From Clostridia bacterium (GTDB lineage: Bacteria > Bacillota > Clostridia > Christensenellales > Aristaeellaceae), in assembly GCA_017549335.1 (NCBI GenBank), contig JAFYVB010000019.1, forward strand, positions 241 through 64,240: a stretch of DNA of 64,000 nucleotides. Direction: 5' to 3'. Shown here piece by piece: positions 54,748 to 64,000 of this stretch. Positions within the stretch are counted from its first letter, which is position 1. The number at the start of each line of letters is the position of its first letter. The translations under genes were made by a program, and so were the position numbers. The notes under the pieces were generated by a model. The model worked only from the letters and a program-made list of their open reading frames with translations. It was not told the DNA's origin and made no database searches.

Positions 54748-55895
54748 GGCCCATTTGCGAGCACATCCGAATCCAAGGCGTGGGAATTGACAGGCAGCTG
54801 TCCGCACTGGAAAAGCGGGGATTCACGCTTTATGATATCCGAAAAATCAACCTGAAAACCGCAGAATTCGGTTATGCCAAATCAAACAGCGCCGAAATTC
54901 TCGAATTCCTTTCGCAGCGCGGCTTTTCGGTATCGGTTTTGCCGCCGAAGGGAGCGGCGCATCATGTACAAGAGCTGCGCTCCAATCTCTTTTTGATCTG
55001 CCTTTCCTTATGTGCTCTGCTGCTCCTTTCCTTTGCCATGCGCTACGTTTGGCATATTGAGATCCGCGGGGCATCGTCCTATATCGGCGAAATCCGTCGG
55101 TTCCTCGATGAAGAAAACATCCGTCCGGGCATCCCTGCAGAACGGATCGATGTAAAAGCGCTGGCCGATGCGCTCACCCGCAGGCTGCCGCGGGTTGCCT
55201 GGGTTCGCGCCTATCTGCAGGGGCTTACGCTGTGCATCGATGTAACCCAAGGCGTTCCCATACCGAAAATCGAAACGGAGGGCGGCAACGGAAATGTGAT
55301 CGCCCTGCAGGACGGCGTGATCTTCAGCATGGACGTGTACGCAGGCACGCCTGCCGTGAAACCGGGCGACAGCGTAAAGGCGGGCGACGTATTGATTTAC
55401 GGTCATGAACGCGCTTCTAACGAAACGCTTACCACTCTTCGCGCACGGGGAAAAGTGATCGCACGCAGCTTCAGATCGGATACGGCAGCGCTTTCCCTTA
55501 CCTCTTATGAATCCGTCCGCACCGGCAGATCCGAAACGCACGCTCTCATCCGCACGCCTCTTTTCAGCCTGCAGATAAGCGATTCCCCCGCGTATCTCAC
55601 CTCCGAATTCGAATCGGAGTATCTTCCGCTTGGCGGCGCATGGATCCCCGTATACCTTGAAAAGCGTACCGTTCACGAAGTATATCTCAACCCCTCTGTC
55701 CCCGATGAAGCCCGTCTGAAAGCTGAATCCGGGCGTCTGGCCATGCAAAAACTGCTGCTTTCTTTAGGAGAAAACGATGAAATTATTGACAAATGGCTGG
55801 ATTATAGTATGATAGAAGGGGGAATTATATTAGCAACCGCCACTGCCGAGGTTTTGTCAGACATTGGACAGTTTTCCCCCGAAACACCGAATTAG
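54744..55895 (+). CDS. yqfD: sporulation protein YqfD
   Basis: ATGA overlap with yqfC. Size, a single central TM helix and synteny all fit. Confidence 0.8.
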   Translation: MRPICEHIRIQGVGIDRQLSALEKRGFTLYDIRKINLKTAEFGYAKSNSAEILEFLSQRGFSVSVLPPKGAAHHVQELRSNLFLICLSLCALLLLSFAMRYVWHIEIRGASSYIGEIRRFLDEENIRPGIPAERIDVKALADALTRRLPRVAWVRAYLQGLTLCIDVTQGVPIPKIETEGGNGNVIALQDGVIFSMDVYAGTPAVKPGDSVKAGDVLIYGHERASNETLTTLRARGKVIARSFRSDTAALSLTSYESVRTGRSETHALIRTPLFSLQISDSPAYLTSEFESEYLPLGGAWIPVYLEKRTVHEVYLNPSVPDEARLKAESGRLAMQKLLLSLGENDEIIDKWLDYSMIEGGIILATATAEVLSDIGQFSPETPN

Positions 55896-55907
55896 GAGAT
55901 TATCTGC

Positions 55908-56873
55908 TTGCTTTTATCTTTGGAAAATATCGACAGCTATCAAACGCTGTTTGGCATGAACGATCGAAACATGGCTGTGTTGGAGCAGGAACTTTCGGTC
56001 ACTGCTGCGCTGCGCGGTCAGGAGCTGCGTTTGACGGGCGATCCCGAAAACGTACAACTGGCCGAATCGGTCATCGAATCCCTTTTATCGCTGCTGAGAA
56101 ACGGCGAAAATATCGATCCCATGCGTATCCGCTATGCCATCTCCCTCGCCCGCGACGGTCAGGGAGAGCGCGTGGAGGAGCTAAGCGACGGCAGCGTTGT
56201 GGCTGTCACCCATCGAGGTCGTCCCATCCGCTGCAAAACCCTGGGTCAGCGCGCGTATGTGGACGCCGTGCGTCATCATGAACTGACGCTGGCCGTAGGC
56301 CCGGCCGGTACCGGCAAAACCTATCTTGCCATGGCATTGGCCGTGGTGGCGCTCAAAAACAAGGAAGTGGAGCGCATCATCCTCACACGCCCCGCCGTGG
56401 AAGCCGGCGAAAAGCTGGGCTTCCTCCCCGGCGACATGACACAGAAGGTCGACCCTTATCTGCGTCCGCTTTACGATGCGCTGTTTGACATCATGGGCGG
56501 CGACGCCTATCAGCGTCTGGTGGAGCGCGGCACCGTGGAAGTGGCGCCCCTCGCATTTATGCGCGGACGTACGCTGAACAACGCCTTTATCATCCTCGAT
56601 GAGGCGCAGAATACCACCACCGAACAGATGAAAATGTTCCTCACGCGCCTTGGCATGGGCTCAAAATGTGTAGTAACGGGCGACATTTCCCAAACCGACC
56701 TGCCCCGCGACAAACGCAGCGGCCTGACCGAAGCCATGAAAGTGCTCAAAAATGTGCAGGGCATATCCCTGATTGAACTGACCGCCATGGACGTTGTACG
56801 CCACGAATTGGTGCAGCGCATCGTCCGCGCCTACGAAGTATATGAAAAGAGAGATCAGAAACATGACCGCTAA
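55908..56873 (+). CDS. phoH: PhoH-family ATPase
   Basis: GPAGTGKTYLAMA and ILDEAQN motifs. TTG start 8 nt after TAGGAGA. Confidence 0.9.
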   Translation: MLLSLENIDSYQTLFGMNDRNMAVLEQELSVTAALRGQELRLTGDPENVQLAESVIESLLSLLRNGENIDPMRIRYAISLARDGQGERVEELSDGSVVAVTHRGRPIRCKTLGQRAYVDAVRHHELTLAVGPAGTGKTYLAMALAVVALKNKEVERIILTRPAVEAGEKLGFLPGDMTQKVDPYLRPLYDALFDIMGGDAYQRLVERGTVEVAPLAFMRGRTLNNAFIILDEAQNTTTEQMKMFLTRLGMGSKCVVTGDISQTDLPRDKRSGLTEAMKVLKNVQGISLIELTAMDVVRHELVQRIVRAYEVYEKRDQKHDR

Positions 56874-59415
56874 AGCATTCCGTTCCCGCACGCGCAAGCT
56901 GTGGGCGCAGACAAAACGTCTTTCGGCCAGATTTGCCAAGACATTTTGGTCGCTGCGCACCCTTGTCTGCGCGCTGTGCTCGCTGATCATTCTGACGCTG
57001 TTCCTCGCAGCCATTGTGCCTGTGCGCTATACGATTTCCGTGGGCACGGTACCCACGCACACCATCACCGCCAACCGCGACGTGGTGGACGAAATCACCA
57101 CCGAACAGCTGCGCAAGCAGGCAGCCGCCGCCGTGGTTCCCTCGTATTACTACGCTGAGGGGATTACCGAGCAGGTGCTTGCCGATTTTGATAAGCTGTT
57201 TGTGCAGTTTGATGCTGCCATCCAGTACAGCGCAACCCTTGAAAATCCTTCTCCCGCCCGGAATTATACAGCCGAAGAGCTGGCATACGCCCGTACCATT
57301 CTCACAAATCTTGAACTGCGGGACTACCAGCTGCGCACGCTCCTCAACACGCCCCGCGCCGATCTGGGCTCGCTTCGTGAAACGGTGTATGCCGCCCTTC
57401 AGAACACCATGGCAGCCAGCGTTACCGAAGGCCACGAAGACAGCGCGGTATCGGGCATCATGCAGATCATCGGCTATCGCGTAGACAACACCAGTCTTTT
57501 GCTCAACATTGTCCAGCCCATGCTGCGCGAGGTCATCAAGCCCAACATGATCATCGATCAGGCTGCCACCGACGCAGCCAGGCAGCTGGCCCGCGACAGC
57601 GTGGAGCCCATCGTATACAAACAGGGCCAAAACATCGTTGTCAAAGGCGAAGGCCGCGTTGAAAAATATCAGTATGATATGCTCTCAAACCTTGGACTTC
57701 TGAGTAATTCCACGGTGGATCTGAGCATCTATCTGGGGGCTGCGCTGCTTGTTGCGCTGGTGCTGTTTGTCGCGCTTCTCACTATTCGTCTGATCGACAA
57801 GCGCACAGCCTTGAATTACAAGCGTCTTCTCCTTCTGCTCTCCATTATGATCATTACGCTGGGCGCCGCCATTCTCATGCGCCTGATCGATATCCGCCTC
57901 GCCCCCATCGCACTGTGCGCTATCCTGCTTTCCTCCATGCTGGGGCTTCGCAGCGGCATCACAGTGAACATCGCCATGGTGGTTCTGATCAGCTCGCTGG
58001 CAGCAGGCGGCAGCAATTCCTACACCAGTGAAATGGTGCAGCTGTTGGCCGGCGGTATTCTTTCCGGCTCCTTCGCAGCCCTTGTGGTGCACAAAAAATA
58101 CAGCCGTCTGCGCGTGATCGGCGCCGGCTTTACGGCAGCTGTTTTCGGTTTCCTCACCACGCTTGCGCTGGGATTGATGACCAGCAGTTCCACCTCTGTC
58201 ATCCTTACCAACGCCCTTTGGTGCACCGGCGGCGGTTTGATCTCCGGTCTGTTTGCCATTGCCTTCCAGCCGCTGCTTGAGGCGATTTTCAACCTTGCAA
58301 CGCCCACCAAGCTGATGGAATTGAGCAATCCCAATCATCCGCTGCTGCGCCGTCTGCTGCTGGAAGCGCCCGGCACCTATCATCACTCCATCGTAGTGGC
58401 CAACCTTGCGGAAGCCGCCGCCGAGGCCGTGGACGCGAATCCTCTGATGGCCCGCGTAGGCGGTTACTATCATGACGTGGGCAAGCTGCGCCGTCCCCAG
58501 TATTTCAAGGAAAACCAGCTGGGCATGGAGAACAAGCTCAACGAGCTTGATCCCTATACCGCGGCGCAGATCATTATCGCCCATCCCAGAGACGGCGTTA
58601 CCCTGGCGCGCAATTACCGGCTGCCCAAGGAAATCTGCGCCATGATCCAGGAACATCACGGCAACACGCCCGTTATGTACTTCTATTCCAAGGCCGTCAA
58701 GGAAATGGGCGAAGAAAATGTGGATATCGCCTCTTTCCGCTACGACTCCCAGACGCCGTCCACCAAGGAAGGCGCTATCCTGCTGCTGTGCGACACGATC
58801 GAAGCCGCTGTGCGCTCGATGAACAACCCCACGCCTGAAGCCATTGAGGAATTCATTGTAAAGCTGGTTCGCGGCAAGCTTCAGGACGGTCAGCTTTCCA
58901 ACAGTCCTTTGACACTGCGCGACATCGACGCCATCTGTCAGGCGTGCATTACCGTGCTTAACGGTGTTTTCCACGAGCGCATCGAATATCCCGATGCACC
59001 GCCTGCAGCCGCCAAACCCGCCGTTGCCAAGGCTCCTGTTTCCGTAACCACCAAGGATGCCGAAGTGCCGTGGGACGGCGAAGAGGCCGAGGACGAAAAT
59101 GAAGAAAAAGCAGTTCAGCAGAGCATCTTTGACGAGCCCGTCCCGCTTGCTGAGCCCGAACCTGAGCCCCTGACCCCCGTCATTGTGGCTCCCGAGCAAT
59201 TCGAGCCCATAGCGCCCCTGCCTGTGATTGAGCCGCCGGCCCCCGAAGCGCTCCCCTCGCTGGATGACCTTCTCGGCAAAGCGCCGCAGGAAGAATCCAT
59301 GGAGCCAGTCATTCCCCAGGAATCCGAAACGGCTGAAGATCTCCCCGACGAAGAAAACATTTCCGAAGAATCCGTGCAGGCAGATGCCGAAGATCCGGAG
59401 GACGAAAATGTCTGA
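56863..59415 (+). CDS. pgpH: 7TM-receptor HD-domain phosphohydrolase (PgpH/YqfF type) with acidic Pro-rich tail
   Basis: A multi-TM block, then an HD domain (HHSIVVANL...YYHDVGK...EHHG). It overlaps phoH by 11 nt. Confidence 0.85.
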   Translation: MTAKAFRSRTRKLWAQTKRLSARFAKTFWSLRTLVCALCSLIILTLFLAAIVPVRYTISVGTVPTHTITANRDVVDEITTEQLRKQAAAAVVPSYYYAEGITEQVLADFDKLFVQFDAAIQYSATLENPSPARNYTAEELAYARTILTNLELRDYQLRTLLNTPRADLGSLRETVYAALQNTMAASVTEGHEDSAVSGIMQIIGYRVDNTSLLLNIVQPMLREVIKPNMIIDQAATDAARQLARDSVEPIVYKQGQNIVVKGEGRVEKYQYDMLSNLGLLSNSTVDLSIYLGAALLVALVLFVALLTIRLIDKRTALNYKRLLLLLSIMIITLGAAILMRLIDIRLAPIALCAILLSSMLGLRSGITVNIAMVVLISSLAAGGSNSYTSEMVQLLAGGILSGSFAALVVHKKYSRLRVIGAGFTAAVFGFLTTLALGLMTSSSTSVILTNALWCTGGGLISGLFAIAFQPLLEAIFNLATPTKLMELSNPNHPLLRRLLLEAPGTYHHSIVVANLAEAAAEAVDANPLMARVGGYYHDVGKLRRPQYFKENQLGMENKLNELDPYTAAQIIIAHPRDGVTLARNYRLPKEICAMIQEHHGNTPVMYFYSKAVKEMGEENVDIASFRYDSQTPSTKEGAILLLCDTIEAAVRSMNNPTPEAIEEFIVKLVRGKLQDGQLSNSPLTLRDIDAICQACITVLNGVFHERIEYPDAPPAAAKPAVAKAPVSVTTKDAEVPWDGEEAEDENEEKAVQQSIFDEPVPLAEPEPEPLTPVIVAPEQFEPIAPLPVIEPPAPEALPSLDDLLGKAPQEESMEPVIPQESETAEDLPDEENISEESVQADAEDPEDENV

Positions 59416-60319
59416 AAACAGCATCCTGCTTGATTTTGATTATGAGGTGAGCGTTCCCGCAGGTACGGAAGATATGCTCCGCCGTGTTGCGGAAAAGTGT
59501 CTCGAAGCAGAAGGCGTCACGCTTCCCTGCGCCGCCTATCTTCGTTTTACCGATGATGACCGCATTCACGAGATCAACCGCCAACAGCGAGGAGTTGACC
59601 GCGCAACCGACGTGCTTTCTTTTCCTGCCGGCCCCTTCTCTCCAGGCCACACCGCCGGCAAGCATGAGAAGCAGCTTCGCCGTCAGTGGGACAGCGAATA
59701 CCGTGCCTGCGTGCTGGGCGATATCATCATTTCCCTGGATCATGCCCGTGCACAAGCACAGGAATACGGTCACAGTTTAACCCGCGAGCTTGCCTATCTA
59801 ACGGCTCACGCCCTCTTTCACCTGATGGGATACGATCACATGAACGATAATGATAAGGAGCAAATGAGAAAAATGGAAGAAAAAGCCCTGAACAGCGCCG
59901 GTATTGCCCGCGTAACCGATGACGAGCTGGTTGCCCTTGCCAAAGAAGCGCTTAAGAATTCGTATTCTCCTTATTCCAAATACCGCGTCGGAGCCTGCTT
60001 GCTGGCCAAGGACGGCCGCACCTTCACGGGCTGCAACGTGGAAAATGCCAGCTACGGCGGAACCAACTGCGCCGAGCGCACCGCGCTTTTCAAGGCCATC
60101 AGCGAAGGCGCCCGCGAATTTGTAGCCATCGCTGTTGCCGCCGAGAAATCGCTTCCCTGGCCCTGCGGCATCTGCCGTCAGGTACTCAATGAGTTTGCCC
60201 CCGATCTTCGCGTCATCGCCGCCTGCGGTGATGAGCGCGGCGAGCTGCTGCTCTCCCAGCTTCTCCCCCATTCTTTTGGCCCGTCCAGCGGCACGGGTGA
60301 TTATCTTGGAAAGGACTAA
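59408..60319 (+). CDS. ybeY: YbeY endoribonuclease fused in frame to cytidine deaminase
   Basis: The YbeY motif HALFHLMGYDH is followed, without a stop, by Cdd motifs (SPYSKYRVGA, CAERTALF, PCGICRQ). 303 aa. Confidence 0.85.
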   Translation: MSENSILLDFDYEVSVPAGTEDMLRRVAEKCLEAEGVTLPCAAYLRFTDDDRIHEINRQQRGVDRATDVLSFPAGPFSPGHTAGKHEKQLRRQWDSEYRACVLGDIIISLDHARAQAQEYGHSLTRELAYLTAHALFHLMGYDHMNDNDKEQMRKMEEKALNSAGIARVTDDELVALAKEALKNSYSPYSKYRVGACLLAKDGRTFTGCNVENASYGGTNCAERTALFKAISEGAREFVAIAVAAEKSLPWPCGICRQVLNEFAPDLRVIAACGDERGELLLSQLLPHSFGPSSGTGDYLGKD

Positions 60320-60325
60320 CAAAAA

Positions 60326-61222
<897 letters not shown>

Positions 61223-61243
61223 TTTCACATCGGAGATGCAAGC

Positions 61244-62524
61244 ATGAGCTATTACAAACAAGCCATGGAAGAACGCTCCAAACAGTCGGGCGGGAAATCC
61301 TGCCCTTATCGCCGCGCCTTTGCGCGGCTTTCCTTGTTTGTACGTTCCCTCGATTATGCGCCGCTGCTGCTCATTTACGCCGTTGCCGTGCTGTATGCCG
61401 TTATCTGTTCACTGCACGGTTTTGACCCGTTCGGCTCCTCTCCCTACAATACCTACACCCTGCAGGCACTGGCGTGGCGGAACGGACAAATGTCACTGGG
61501 GCGGGATTATCCTCACCTTGAGCTGGCTATTTTCAATAACGACTGGTGGGTGTCCTTCCCCCCGGTGCCCAGCATTCCCATGTTTCTGCTGTCTTTCATT
61601 TTCGGCGAAAACACCCCGGATAATCTGCTGGTAAAGGTTTATATGCTTGCGGGCTGTCTTTTCGGCTACGGTCTTTTCAGGCGTGCAAAATATGACAAGC
61701 TTTCCTCCGTCTGCTTTGCGCTGCTCACAAGCTATGCCTCAGCTCTGATCTCGCTGACCACCAACGGCGCCGTATGGTATCTGGCGCAAACCCTTGCCTT
61801 CCTGCTGACCATGGGCGCAGTGTATTTCATGTTCTGCGGAAAATACACTTTATCGCTGCTCATGTACGCACTGGCTGTGGGCTGCCGCCCCTTTAACGCC
61901 GTATACGGTCTTGTTCTGTTTGTGATGTGGCTGGAAACCGTCCTCCGTGAAAAGCGTTCCTTCAAGCGCGAGATCATCCGCCTCATTCCCGGCGTTACGC
62001 TCGGCCTGTGCATCGCCTTTGCCTACGGCTGGTATAACTGGGCCCGTTTTGGCAATCCCTTAGAATTCGGTCACAACCATCTGCCCGAATTCTCTTTCCA
62101 GGGCGGCATACAGTTCTCTTTGGATCATGTGGCGAAGAACGTGGATCAGTTCATCTTCGGCCTGCCTTTCTATCAAGGCGAAAACGGAACAGAGCTGAAC
62201 GTCTTCGGCTTTTCCATGTTCATCGTACACCCTGTCTTTTGGATGATGCTCCTCCTTTTCGTCATCGACGTCATCCGAAAGCGAGCCAGCTATACGAAGA
62301 TCGCGATCATCGCCGCATTTTGCATTCAGCTGTTTTGTCTGTTGCTGCACCGCACCTTCGGCGGATACCAGTTTGGCGCGCGCTATACCTGCGATCTGCT
62401 TCCCTATGCCGCGCTGTATTTTGCACTGCCGGGCCGTGTTCGCCGCATGACGCTGTGGGAAGGTCTTCTCCTTCTCTCCGCCCTCGGTTTTGCCGTATGG
62501 GGCGCATGTGCCGTTCCGCTTTAA
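61244..62524 (+). CDS. polytopic membrane protein, GT-C-like (function uncertain)
   Basis: About 10 hydrophobic helices. The N-terminal loop has acidic residues, as in ArnT/PMT-type glycosyltransferases. GGAGA RBS. Confidence 0.55.
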   Translation: MSYYKQAMEERSKQSGGKSCPYRRAFARLSLFVRSLDYAPLLLIYAVAVLYAVICSLHGFDPFGSSPYNTYTLQALAWRNGQMSLGRDYPHLELAIFNNDWWVSFPPVPSIPMFLLSFIFGENTPDNLLVKVYMLAGCLFGYGLFRRAKYDKLSSVCFALLTSYASALISLTTNGAVWYLAQTLAFLLTMGAVYFMFCGKYTLSLLMYALAVGCRPFNAVYGLVLFVMWLETVLREKRSFKREIIRLIPGVTLGLCIAFAYGWYNWARFGNPLEFGHNHLPEFSFQGGIQFSLDHVAKNVDQFIFGLPFYQGENGTELNVFGFSMFIVHPVFWMMLLLFVIDVIRKRASYTKIAIIAAFCIQLFCLLLHRTFGGYQFGARYTCDLLPYAALYFALPGRVRRMTLWEGLLLLSALGFAVWGACAVPL

Positions 62525-62563
62525 AAATCGCGGTATTTCTTGCATTTTTTGATGCTTTGGGGC

Positions 62564-62592
62564 TTTACATTTATGCATTTTCCGCGTATAAT
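62564..62592 (+). promoter_or_regulatory. sigma-A promoter candidate for ileS
   Basis: TTTACA, a 17-nt spacer, then TATAAT. A second TATAAT lies at 62600-62605. Confidence 0.5.
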
Positions 62593-62605
62593 AACTGGGT
62601 ATAAT

Positions 62606-62819
62606 GCGATGATGGGGACGGGCGCGGAAATGCGCTTTCAGCGAGTCGGGGAGGATGCGAGCCCGGCAGCGGCAGCCAAAGCCAAATCACCCCTGAGCTT
62701 GGTTTAATCGCCACGGTTTGCCCCCGATACAGGGCTGAGAGCGGACGCAGTTTATCTGTGTCAACTTGGGTGGTACCGCGGCCTGTCCGTCCCATGGGAT
62801 GGACAGGCTTTTCATTTTC
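62606..62819 (+). promoter_or_regulatory. T-box leader (Ile specifier AUC) with terminator
   Basis: AAATCA context at 62684-62689 (ATC at 62686-62688) and T-box AACTTGGGTGGTACCGCGG at 62763-62781. The terminator is GCCTGTCCGTCCC/GGGATGGACAGGC plus a T-run. Confidence 0.85.
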
Positions 62820-62853
62820 TCCGAAATGCGGAGACAGCCGAAAGGAGCAGAAC

Positions 62854-64000
62854 ATGTACAAAAAAGTAACAACCGACATGAATTTCACCGAGCGTGAAAA
62901 AGAGGTGCTCAAGTATTGGAAGGATAACGACATCGCCAAGAAGAGCTTCGCTCTGCGCGAAGGTGCTGAAAACTTTACCTTCTTTGACGGCCCCCCCACC
63001 GCCAACGGCAAGCCCCATATCGGCCACGTGCTGACCCGCGCCATCAAGGATCTGATCCCCCGCTATCAGACCATGAAGGGCAAGTCCGTCCTTCGCATCG
63101 CCGGCTGGGATACCCACGGTCTGCCTGTTGAACTGGAAGTGGAAAAGAAGCTGGGTCTTGACGGCAAGCCCCAGATCGAAGCCTACGGCATTGAGCCCTT
63201 CATCAAGCAGTGCAAGGAAAGCGTATGGAAGTACCTGCACCTGTGGGAGGATATGTCCGAGCGCGTGGGTTACTGGGTGGATATGGAACATCCCTACGTC
63301 ACCTACCACGATAACTATATCGAATCCGTTTGGTGGAGCCTGCGTCAGATCGCCGATAAGGGCATGATCTACAAGGGCCACAAGATCGTTCCTTACTGCC
63401 CCCGCTGCGGCACCGCGCTCTCTTCCCACGAAGTGGCGCAGGGCTACAAGGCCGTCAAGGAATTCTCCGTGTTCGCCAAGTTCGCCGTCAAGGGCGAAGA
63501 AAACAAGTACATCCTCGCCTGGACCACTACGCCCTGGACGCTGCCCAGCAACGTTGCACTGTGCGTAAACGCCAATGAGGATTACACCGAGTTCAAGTTC
63601 GGCGAAGAAACCTACATCATGGCCGATGCTCTGATCGAATCCGTATTCAGCGCCGACGACGTGGCCAAGATCGAAAAGGTGCGCTCCTTCAAGGGCGCCG
63701 ATCTGGTGGGCACCGAGTATCAGCCCCTGTTCCCGCTGAAGAACCTGCCCAAGGAAAAGGCCTGGTACGTGGTTGCCGACGATTACGTCACCCTGACCGA
63801 CGGTACCGGTATCGTGCATATCGCTCCCGCCTTCGGTGAAGATGACGCCCGCGTTGGCCGTACCAACAACCTGCCCTTTGTCCAGCTGGTGGATGCGCAG
63901 GGCAAGCTGACCGAGGAAACCCCGTGGCACGGCACCTTCGTCAAGGACGCCGATCCCATGATCATCGATGATCTCCGTTCCCGCGGCCTGCTGCTCAAGA
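62854..64000 (+). CDS. ileS: isoleucine--tRNA ligase (3' end outside window)
   Basis: ATG 62854 follows [19 protein letters not shown] (HIGH) is present. The frame stays open to the window edge. It is missing from the ORF track only because it has no stop. Confidence 0.95.
   Translation, partial: MYKKVTTDMNFTEREKEVLKYWKDNDIAKKSFALREGAENFTFFDGPPTANGKPHIGHVLTRAIKDLIPRYQTMKGKSVLRIAGWDTHGLPVELEVEKKLGLDGKPQIEAYGIEPFIKQCKESVWKYLHLWEDMSERVGYWVDMEHPYVTYHDNYIESVWWSLRQIADKGMIYKGHKIVPYCPRCGTALSSHEVAQGYKAVKEFSVFAKFAVKGEENKYILAWTTTPWTLPSNVALCVNANEDYTEFKFGEETYIMADALIESVFSADDVAKIEKVRSFKGADLVGTEYQPLFPLKNLPKEKAWYVVADDYVTLTDGTGIVHIAPAFGEDDARVGRTNNLPFVQLVDAQGKLTEETPWHGTFVKDADPMIIDDLRSRGLLLK

Overview
This 64-kb window comes from a moderately GC-rich, endospore-forming Firmicute. 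The gene content is Clostridia-like (spoIID, yqfC/yqfD, GlnRS next to GluRS, T-box leaders), but the taxon is inference only. Positions 1 to about 9200 are visibly AT-richer accessory DNA. They hold a 5'-truncated Fic gene, a 110-aa ORF and a 1,216-aa KAP/YobI-type P-loop NTPase with two transmembrane helices between Walker A and Walker B, followed by a convergent tyrosine integrase. The integrase abuts a ~68-nt sequence (6050-6118) that recurs in diverged form at 9134-9200. Each copy looks like a truncated gene 3' end with its own terminator. Together they bracket an integrase-less 3-kb segment carrying a translationally coupled four-gene cassette: M29-like peptidase, unknown protein, ArsR/DUF2087-like regulator and small P-loop kinase. 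A frameshifted gene (9485-9809) lies at the transition to core DNA. The core chromosome is dense in peptide and amino-acid metabolism genes: M29, M42, C69, S58 and S41 peptidases, oppABCDF-alr, and a glycine-riboswitch-controlled alanine/glycine symporter. An AraC-linked operon combines a radical SAM enzyme, an MTA/SAH-nucleosidase homologue, an M42 peptidase and a TIM-barrel isomerase. Downstream are radA and spoIID, a T-box-controlled cysE-cysS, glnS-gltX, the conserved yqfC-yqfD-phoH-pgpH-ybeY-era block (ybeY is fused in frame to cdd and dgkA is absent), and a T-box-controlled ileS running off the right edge. The best candidate for an undescribed system is the Fic / small ORF / membrane KAP-NTPase module on the integrase island. 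No CRISPR array, rRNA or tRNA was seen. All calls rest on motif recognition by eye; no searches or folding were run.
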